The notes under the pieces: generated by a model
The model's input: the letters and a program-made list of their open reading frames with translations, nothing else
The model's database searches: none
Told to the model about the DNA's origin: nothing
In this document: positions 18,855 through 25,356 of the stretch, piece by piece
Numbering within the stretch: position 1 is the first letter of the stretch
Layout of the letters: each line of letters starts with the position of its first letter
From: a bacterium
GTDB taxonomy: Bacteria; DRYD01
Reading direction: 5' to 3'
DNA length: 25,356 bases
Assembly (NCBI GenBank): GCA_039630415.1
Contig: JBCNVB010000014.1
Coordinates: 1-25,356, forward strand
Translations under genes and position numbers: made by a program

Positions 18855-18875
18855 TCAATTTTTAGCAGTAGTTTT
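18837..18875. repeat. Perfect 19-bp tandem direct repeat AATTTTTAGCAGTAGTTTT x2 (period 20)
   Basis: Copies at 18837-18855 and 18857-18875, read directly from the sequence. Confidence 0.93.
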
Positions 18876-18891
18876 TATAAGCTAAAGTTTA

Positions 18892-19383
18892 TTAGAAAAT
18901 TCTTGCACCAGGAAAACCAAAGTTAATGTTTATATTAGTAAAGTTTAGATTAAATTGATTCATATTGAATTGATTTTGTTGTTGATTTTGTTGTTGCATA
19001 AGCATAGCAAGCAGAATCATTATCATCATTAGTATCATTTGTTGGTTAACACCGTTTGGGTTAGTTGAATATGGATTATTATTTGGAGGTTGGAAACATC
19101 CGGGGAAAGAAAATGGTGAAGTTGGATTTTGACCAAAATTAGTTAGTGGATTAAAAAGTAAACTACCCAATATTCCACCAAGTAATCCCCCAAGTATGCC
19201 ACCAACTATTCCAGACATCAAACCCATTGTGAAAGGATTTGTTACAGATACACTATCTGTTACTCCAGTTTCAGGTGATATTACGTTAGAAGTTAATCCT
19301 TCTGTTCTTTGTATACCTCCACCAAGTATACCAACCATACCTACAATACCTAAATTACCTATCGAACCTATGTTGTTAAACAT
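18892..19383 (-). CDS. Orphan low-complexity Gly/Asn/Gln/Met-rich protein with glycine zipper
   Basis: 163-aa ORF that fills the gap between hemD and thrS. Strong RBS AGGAGGGGGTGGT upstream of the ATG; GxxxG array and Q/N-rich tail. Confidence 0.85.
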   Translation of the reverse strand: MFNNIGSIGNLGIVGMVGILGGGIQRTEGLTSNVISPETGVTDSVSVTNPFTMGLMSGIVGGILGGLLGGILGSLLFNPLTNFGQNPTSPFSFPGCFQPPNNNPYSTNPNGVNQQMILMMIMILLAMLMQQQNQQQNQFNMNQFNLNFTNININFGFPGARIF

Positions 19384-19387
19384 TTTA

Positions 19388-19400
19388 CCACCCCCTCCTA
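19388..19400 (-). promoter_or_regulatory. Strong Shine-Dalgarno sequence of the orphan gene
   Basis: Minus strand reads ...CTATAGGAGGGGGTGGTAAAATG. Confidence 0.75.
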
Positions 19401-19442
19401 TAGTTTGTTTATAGCCATCCCCAAAATAAAAACATATTTTTG

Positions 19443-20180
19443 TTAAAATTCTAAAAAATTTTGTCTAGTGTGTAAAAAATTAATTACTCTACTAACAGCA
19501 TCGCTAATAGTATAGGAATGAGAATGTTGTATTATCTTATCAACTCCCACATATTTTAATAGTTCTTTATGCGTAGTTGGTCCTATTGGAATAAAGAAAC
19601 CTTTGAAATCATTTGCAGCATACTTACTAAAAAATATTTTCGTAATAAAAGAACTAGTCAGGATTATTAAGTCGTAGTTATTTAGATGAATTCTAGGTTT
19701 GTTCTGTATTGGATGCAAGTTGTATATGTAAATTTCATCCACATTATGCAAATTTATTTTCCTGGATAATGCCGATCTTAGAAGTAAAGTTTTTAATTTC
19801 ATTTTACTAAGCATAACCTCTAAGCTTTCAGAAGTATATTCTGAAGGTATGTAAACATTATCTATGTTATAGAGCTGTTTTATTTTTTCAGCTGTTTTAG
19901 GACCTATCGCTACTATAGTCTTCTTACGTATCTTTTCTATCCCGTCCCTACTATAATTAGCCAAATAAGAATAAAATATTTCTACACCATTTTGACTAGT
20001 AAAACCTATACAATCATATAAATCAACTATACCTATAGCTTTCTTAATGTTAAAGTCTATAGGTACTATCTCGACTAATTCCAGTATTTTTACTTTAATA
20101 TTAAAATCTTTTTCTAGTTGTTTTTTTATGATTTTGTTTTGTTCTAGTTTTGGTCTGGTTAGAATTACCTTATTTCTCAT
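19443..20180 (-). CDS. hemD: Uroporphyrinogen-III synthase
   Basis: VILTRP, FTSQNGV, AIGPKTA, P.EYTSESL, LTSS and IGPTT motifs. Confidence 0.92.
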   Translation of the reverse strand: MRNKVILTRPKLEQNKIIKKQLEKDFNIKVKILELVEIVPIDFNIKKAIGIVDLYDCIGFTSQNGVEIFYSYLANYSRDGIEKIRKKTIVAIGPKTAEKIKQLYNIDNVYIPSEYTSESLEVMLSKMKLKTLLLRSALSRKINLHNVDEIYIYNLHPIQNKPRIHLNNYDLIILTSSFITKIFFSKYAANDFKGFFIPIGPTTHKELLKYVGVDKIIQHSHSYTISDAVSRVINFLHTRQNFLEF

Positions 20181-21300
20181 TTGAAATTTTAATCTTGAAT
20201 ACTATACTATCTATAAACTTGAACAACTTAGAATTTAGGATATGAATTAATTCAGTACTGGGGTCTATATGAAAAGCTATATAGGAAAGTGTTTTTTCCA
20301 GATCAGACTTAGTAAATTGAATTTGAATTATCTCCTTTTTCCAACCCAGAATTTCCGAATAAAAACAAGTTTCCAAATTAGCAATACTAATTGCAAGATT
20401 TACAAGAATATGTCTTACCGAATAATTGGATACCATTCTAGATATTTTATACAAGCATTTTGCACAATAACCAAAGTTATCCTGAAACCAATTTTCAATG
20501 GCAGCAAGCAAATATATTACACTAGAAAGCTCATAGTTATTAACCATCCTAAAATACCTTGCAATATTTTCGTAATTAGAAACAACAAAAGCAGCTTTTG
20601 AAGCAGAATCCTGACAATATTCCGAGATCTTCAAAATAAACCCAACAAGCAATTTCTGAACCATCAATCTCACAAATTCAATATCTGAAAACGTTATACC
20701 AAAAGCAATCACATCAGAAATTTTTTCCGTAATTTGAATCCTATCATCCTGACTAATACTATTTAAAACCATTTGCACAACCACTTCCTGATCCAATTGA
20801 TTACTACCTACCAATACTTTGCAAAGCTTTAAAAAGTTATATAGCGATAATTGGTTAAACAAGTAGTTTACCTGATTTTTATTAGGTATTAAGCTAGCTA
20901 AACTTTCATAAATCCTATTGCTAAGCCGCCTAATCTTTTCAAACACTATACCATAGTTACTCGAATCTAAAGTCTTATTTAACCTTTCAATAAACTCTTT
21001 TTTTTCATAAGGATTATTAGATATCAGCTCAACAATATGCTCATAATTACAACATAGTTTCTGAAGAATCTCTTCAGTCCTTTCAAGAATATAGATATAC
21101 TTCGGTATAAACACATCCTGATTAGCAAAAAGAAGCATCTTATTGAATAAGTTGTAGTAAGAATACAAACCTATCCAAAAGTTTCCCGCTTTTATATTTT
21201 CATCTATCAAGCTACATAGGTATCCGAAATCTGATTCAAAATTCTCAGATAAACAAAGATTAGAAATTTTATTGTATATAAGAGGTAGATTATTAGTCAC
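20170..21300 (-). CDS. Hypothetical protein, predicted mainly alpha-helical
   Basis: 376-aa ORF. GTGA overlap with the acyP stop and 11-bp overlap with hemD. No family recognised. Confidence 0.75.
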   Translation of the reverse strand: MTNNLPLIYNKISNLCLSENFESDFGYLCSLIDENIKAGNFWIGLYSYYNLFNKMLLFANQDVFIPKYIYILERTEEILQKLCCNYEHIVELISNNPYEKKEFIERLNKTLDSSNYGIVFEKIRRLSNRIYESLASLIPNKNQVNYLFNQLSLYNFLKLCKVLVGSNQLDQEVVVQMVLNSISQDDRIQITEKISDVIAFGITFSDIEFVRLMVQKLLVGFILKISEYCQDSASKAAFVVSNYENIARYFRMVNNYELSSVIYLLAAIENWFQDNFGYCAKCLYKISRMVSNYSVRHILVNLAISIANLETCFYSEILGWKKEIIQIQFTKSDLEKTLSYIAFHIDPSTELIHILNSKLFKFIDSIVFKIKISNEK

Positions 21301-21566
21301 AATATTTCAAAATTACCAATATACTCATTCAAAACCTCAGCTTCTTTAGAAGATAAGGATAATACATACCCTGGAGACTCATTTTTTATTTTGTCAATTA
21401 AGATTTGTATTTTTTGTTGATCTCCAATAAGTAAAGCCTCAACTGATCCATCAGCTAAATTTTTTGCATATCCACTAATACCTAATTCAATAGCTCTTTT
21501 CCTTATAAAATATCTCATTCCGACTCCTTGTACTTTACCTTTTATGTTTAAAATTAAAGCTATCAT
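21297..21566 (-). CDS. acyP: Acylphosphatase
   Basis: GKVQGVGMR and GYAKNLADGSVE signatures; 89 aa. Confidence 0.96.
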   Translation of the reverse strand: MIALILNIKGKVQGVGMRYFIRKRAIELGISGYAKNLADGSVEALLIGDQQKIQILIDKIKNESPGYVLSLSSKEAEVLNEYIGNFEIL

Positions 21567-22741
21567 CTATCTATCTCTCCAAGCACTATGTCCAATGTTC
21601 CTAGTGTAACAATCATATCTTGTATTAATTGACCTTTGGATATTTCAGGTAGTAGTGATAAGTTAGAAAAAGCTGCACTTCTATACTTTACTCTATATGG
21701 TTTATCATATCCGTCGGAAACAACAAAAACTCCATACTCACCCCTTGGGGATTCTGTTTTGACATAAACCTGTCCTGGAGGTACATTTATTTTCCAACCT
21801 ATTCTTATATCTATGTTCGGTTGCGATTTAACAAACGGATCTTCAAGTATTCTAACTATTTGCTCTACTATCTTTATACTTTCCTCTATTTCTTTCATTC
21901 TAACGAGATATCTAGCCATGTTATCTGAAGCGGTTTCCACGGGTATTTCAAAGTCGAGTTCATCGTACAGTAAATAAGGTTCAGCTCTTCTTAAATCCCA
22001 TTTTACACCTGCAGCTCTCAAAACAGGTCCAGATGCTCCATAACTCAAAGCCATATCCTGCGGAATATAACCCACATCTTCCATCCTGCTTATAAATATT
22101 GGGTTTTCAGTTAATATACCATGCAAATCGGGTAATTTTCTTTTAAGAAGTACCACAAAATCTCTAACATCATTCAAAGTACTATCGGCTATATCATAAG
22201 CTACACCACTTGGGCGTATATAGTGTAAAGTTAATCTAGCACCTACAAGTTTTTCAAAAATAGACAGTATGTATTCTCTTAATTCGAAAGCCCATAGGAA
22301 AGGAGTAACAGCTCCCGCATCCAAAGCTATCAAACCATACCACAACAAATGACTAGCTAATCTATTCAATTCCACTGCAAGAGTCCTAAGAGCTTGGGCT
22401 TTTCTAGATGGAATTATCCCCAACAACTCGTCAACCGCCATACAAATCGGCAAATTCATATTCATTGCAGATATATAATCCTGCCTATCTGTTATATGTA
22501 TTCCTTGAACATAGGTCAAACTCTCAGCAATTCTTTCCATACTTCTATGTAGATATCCTATAACAGGCTTGATATCAACTATTATTTCACCATCTAATTT
22601 AACAAGTAGCTGTAATATTCCGTGTGTTGATGGGTGCTGAGGTCCCATAGCAACCCACATTTCTTTTATCTCTATACCATCTTCCAGTGCTACAGTATCC
22701 TCTTTACTTATCCAAAAAGAATAACTTTTTTGTTCTATCAT
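21563..22741 (-). CDS. nuoD: NADH-quinone oxidoreductase (complex I) subunit D
   Basis: MGPQHPSTHG, GYLHR, DR.DY, ESPRGE and C-terminal DIVLGEIDR. No NiFe CxxC motifs. RBS GAGGTGA. Confidence 0.95.
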   Translation of the reverse strand: MIEQKSYSFWISKEDTVALEDGIEIKEMWVAMGPQHPSTHGILQLLVKLDGEIIVDIKPVIGYLHRSMERIAESLTYVQGIHITDRQDYISAMNMNLPICMAVDELLGIIPSRKAQALRTLAVELNRLASHLLWYGLIALDAGAVTPFLWAFELREYILSIFEKLVGARLTLHYIRPSGVAYDIADSTLNDVRDFVVLLKRKLPDLHGILTENPIFISRMEDVGYIPQDMALSYGASGPVLRAAGVKWDLRRAEPYLLYDELDFEIPVETASDNMARYLVRMKEIEESIKIVEQIVRILEDPFVKSQPNIDIRIGWKINVPPGQVYVKTESPRGEYGVFVVSDGYDKPYRVKYRSAAFSNLSLLPEISKGQLIQDMIVTLGTLDIVLGEIDR

Positions 22742-22859
22742 ATACTCACCTCTTCTCTCTTCTTTATATGTTCCATAACTTTAATTGCCTATCCTCTATA
22801 AATCTTCGAATTACTTCGCAAAAAGGTTTTTGTAATTTTACATAGTATCTTATTATTGT
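22742..22859. promoter_or_regulatory. Divergent promoter region between nuoD and hisS
   Basis: 118-bp gap between divergent start codons, containing the inverted repeat CAAAAA-GG-TTTTTG (22819-22832). Exact promoter elements were not resolved. Confidence 0.6.
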
Positions 22860-24170
22860 ATGATAGAAAAACCCAAAGGTACAAATGACTTTTTATACCC
22901 TGAAAGCTCAGCAAGACAAAGAGTAGTAAGTTTAATAACAGAAATCTTTGAGATATTTGGATATAGACCTATAGAAACACCTATTTTCGAATATTCAGAA
23001 TTGTTTAAAATAAGCGCAGGTTTAGCAAGTGATATCGTTAGTAAAGAAATGTATGAATTCTTAGATAAAAAAGGAAGAAACCTAGCCCTAAGGCCAGAAA
23101 TTACAGCACCTGTGGTAAGAGCTATAATCCAAAATAACCTAGTAAACGAATTACCAATTATCAAACTATACTACGTAGGAAGTATATTCAGATATGAAAA
23201 ACCACAAAAAGATAGGTACCGACAAGCTACTCAATTCGGAATAGAATTCTTAGGATTAGAAAACGAATTCGCAGATTTTGAAGTCATCTACCTGGCTCAT
23301 AAAATATATCAACTACTTGGAATCCAAACAGAAATTCACCTAAACACCATAGGTTGTATAAAATGCAGGATAAACTACAGAAACCAAGTGTATGAATATT
23401 TTAAAAAATATCAAAGCCAACTATGCAAAGATTGTAACAGAAGATTAGAACAAAACCCTCTTAGAATTCTTGATTGTAAAGAACAATCATGTAAAAATAT
23501 TTCTCTAAACTCACCTAAATCCATAGACTACATATGTACAGACTGTAAAAAACACTTCCAAAATCTACTAGAACATCTTTCCAATCACAATATACCAATC
23601 ATCCAAAATCCCCTACTTGTTAGAGGATTAGACTACTACAACAGGACAGTATTTGAGGTTAAATATCAAGGAGTTGACCTAGCAGGAGGAGGAAGATATG
23701 ATTATCTTGTATCTATGATAAGTAAAGACAAATACAATATACCCGCTGTAGGTTTCGCAGGAGGACTAGAAAGACTTGTAAACACTCTTCAACAAAATAA
23801 TCTACTCAGTAAAATACTTAATGAAAAAACAAGAATAGCTCTTATTTCTCTATGTGATAAAGCAGACAAAATAATACTTAATCTTTACATGCGTATATCT
23901 TCAAAACTAACAGAGAAAAAAATAAACAACGAATTCGAAATACATTTACTCAAATTTGATAACCTATCCAAAGCTCTCAAATCATGCAATAAGTTGAATC
24001 TAAATTACGCTATCTTTGTAGGAGAAGAAGAAATATCTAATGATGAGATAACCATCAAAAACTTAGACACCGGCAAGCAAGAAAAAATCAAAATCGAAAG
24101 CTTCCTACCCCTAGTATTCCAAAATTTATTCAGCCTTTCAAAATACTCAACGAATTATTCAGATTTTTAA
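22860..24170 (+). CDS. hisS: Histidine--tRNA ligase
   Basis: [42 protein letters not shown] and GFAGGLER motifs; C-terminal anticodon-binding domain. Confidence 0.99.
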   Translation: MIEKPKGTNDFLYPESSARQRVVSLITEIFEIFGYRPIETPIFEYSELFKISAGLASDIVSKEMYEFLDKKGRNLALRPEITAPVVRAIIQNNLVNELPIIKLYYVGSIFRYEKPQKDRYRQATQFGIEFLGLENEFADFEVIYLAHKIYQLLGIQTEIHLNTIGCIKCRINYRNQVYEYFKKYQSQLCKDCNRRLEQNPLRILDCKEQSCKNISLNSPKSIDYICTDCKKHFQNLLEHLSNHNIPIIQNPLLVRGLDYYNRTVFEVKYQGVDLAGGGRYDYLVSMISKDKYNIPAVGFAGGLERLVNTLQQNNLLSKILNEKTRIALISLCDKADKIILNLYMRISSKLTEKKINNEFEIHLLKFDNLSKALKSCNKLNLNYAIFVGEEEISNDEITIKNLDTGKQEKIKIESFLPLVFQNLFSLSKYSTNYSDF

Positions 24171-25356
24171 CCTGCTCAAGCAATTTTTTAATTCTATCCT
24201 CAACTTGCTCATCCACAGGCTTATCATTTTGAATAAAACCATATAAAGACAACTCTACCAATTCTGAGTAAGTATTCTTTATTTGATTAGCTAATTCTTG
24301 TTTACCTGCAAAATTGAGCTTATCAACAGACTCTTTTAAACTATTTTCTTTTGTTACCGTATTAACTTTATGTACCAGATATTGGCCTATTATAATTAGA
24401 TTATCCGAGATAGAGGAATATTTCTTCATTCTGAGATCCCTTGAAATTTCATCAATTTTGGAAGATAAATTTATTTTTGAGTAGTCAAGGGGTGAAATCT
24501 TTTCTATTATATTTTCACCTTTTGAACCGAATTTATCTATGGTTATTATGTTCGTATCTTGGTTTTCTTTCTTTATGGTTTGGGTATTATTTGATATTAG
24601 TTTATAGAGCCAATATATTCCGAGTATTATTGCAGACAATAGAGTTAAACCTAGTATTCCTAGGAGGATGAAATTAATCCAGTTAAAAGAGGACTGTTCA
24701 TTTTCTGTAGTTGGTGGATAGGGTTGTGGCATTGGTTGAGGTGAGGGTTGTGGAGTTGGTTGTGGAGCAGGTTGAGGAGTTGGTAGGTAAGGTTGGGGTG
24801 TTGGCTGAGGTGATGGTTGAGGGCTTGGTTGGGGATTCGGTTGAGGATTCGGTTGAGGGTTTGGTTGGGGACTAGGTTGAGGATTTGGTTGAGGACTCGG
24901 TTGAGGTGTTGGTTGTGGACTCGGTTGAGGCATAGGATAAGGACTCGGCTGAGGAGTATAACCACCTAGTACCCTTATAACCAACTGCTTGCTACTATCC
25001 ATTGGAGCAAATTTATTTACACGTTGGTTATTGTCAACCACACTATATAAAAGCCCTATATCTTTTAATACAAATTCTCCCTGCTGCCTGGCTTGTAATA
25101 CATACGTATACGTCAACTGCATAATATCATAATCGTTCGTTTGAGTTATCTTCCTATCTATCGTTCTTGATATTACATTGAAATTATTCAAAAATTCATC
25201 TATTTTTAGCAGTTTAAAATTATCTTCAACATACCAACTAGTAGCCGACGGACTTTTAAAGTTTACATTTATAACCAAGTAAAAAGTATCACCTAAGTTA
25301 ACCACTTGGCTAGAAGCAGCTGGAACTATGTCTATCTGATTACCATAATCATCCAC
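24130..25356 (-). CDS. Single-pass membrane protein with BatD-like N-terminal beta domain and Pro/Gln stalk; probably 5'-truncated by the window edge
   Basis: V.LGDTF.L.INV ... [14 protein letters not shown] pattern resembles BatD repeats, followed by (PQPx)n, a TM helix ([26 protein letters not shown]) and a helical tail. The GTG sits exactly at the window edge and may be internal. Confidence 0.7.
   Translation of the reverse strand: MDDYGNQIDIVPAASSQVVNLGDTFYLVINVNFKSPSATSWYVEDNFKLLKIDEFLNNFNVISRTIDRKITQTNDYDIMQLTYTYVLQARQQGEFVLKDIGLLYSVVDNNQRVNKFAPMDSSKQLVIRVLGGYTPQPSPYPMPQPSPQPTPQPSPQPNPQPSPQPNPQPNPQPNPQPSPQPSPQPTPQPYLPTPQPAPQPTPQPSPQPMPQPYPPTTENEQSSFNWINFILLGILGLTLLSAIILGIYWLYKLISNNTQTIKKENQDTNIITIDKFGSKGENIIEKISPLDYSKINLSSKIDEISRDLRMKKYSSISDNLIIIGQYLVHKVNTVTKENSLKESVDKLNFAGKQELANQIKNTYSELVELSLYGFIQNDKPVDEQVEDRIKKLLEQVKNLNNSLSILKG
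24718..24954 (-). repeat. Degenerate 12-bp coding tandem repeat encoding (PQPx)n
   Basis: 18 PQP[S/T/N/Y/A/M] units plus one PYPM unit and an LPT interruption; DNA unit approximates CCT/A CAA CCN NNN. Confidence 0.95.

Noticed and set aside
18837-18875. Mini CRISPR array
   Set aside because: Two 19-bp copies separated by 1 nt, with no spacers and no cas genes.
18789-18891. T-box riboswitch or E. coli-type anticodon-mimic operator upstream of thrS
   Set aside because: The gap is only about 100 bp, with no AGGGTGGNACCGCG-like T-box motif and no hairpin loop with a Thr anticodon mimic.
19425-19444. Imperfect palindrome AATAAAAACATATTTTTGTT upstream of the orphan gene
   Set aside because: Almost entirely A/T and expected by chance at this base composition.
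21563-22741. [NiFe]-hydrogenase large subunit
   Set aside because: Lacks both RxCGxC and DPCxxC nickel-binding motifs and ends in the complex I GEIDR signature.
23370-23550. Cys-rich insertion in HisS (CxxC pairs)
   Set aside because: A common insertion in many bacterial HisRS proteins; not unusual.
682-24671. Numerous short plus-strand ORFs (and minus-strand 22853-23164) in the ORF track
   Set aside because: They lie antisense to well-supported genes, lack motifs and look like shadow ORFs.
24660-24965. 101-aa alternative-frame ORF (LN-rich)
   Set aside because: A by-product of the PQPx repeat lacking stops in another frame.

Overview
AT-rich (visually about 30% GC), very densely packed bacterial chromosomal segment, mostly housekeeping genes in an unusually shuffled order. 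A roughly 18.6-kb minus-strand run of 17 tightly coupled genes reads: thrS, KhtT-like RCK_C protein, ketopantoate reductase, small membrane protein, gyrB, multi-GAF/PAS histidine kinase, hypothetical protein, OmpR-type regulator, ROK kinase, purine nucleoside phosphorylase, membrane GAF/degenerate-GGDEF protein, mraY, 2-oxoacid:ferredoxin oxidoreductase beta, tpiA, MgtC, START/SRPBCC protein, acyl-ACP-reductase-like protein. Upstream on the same strand lie nuoD, acyP, a hypothetical protein, hemD and a stand-alone Gly/Asn/Gln/Met-rich orphan. hisS is divergent on the plus strand. The edges hold the 3' end of a NupC-type transporter and a 5'-truncated BatD-like membrane protein with a long (PQPx)n stalk. 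I saw no RNA genes, mobile elements or CRISPR arrays. The best candidates for new biology are: (i) a lysine-free, harpin/amyloid-like orphan with a strong RBS and a tandem-repeat/hairpin element downstream; (ii) a PelD-like putative c-di-GMP receptor (intact RxxD, dead GGDEF) coupled to mraY; (iii) a START plus acyl-ACP-reductase-like lipid module with no aldehyde-deformylating oxygenase; (iv) a soluble kinase with a Cys-cluster GAF-like domain and an intervening unknown gene. All calls come from motif recognition by eye; no database searches were run.
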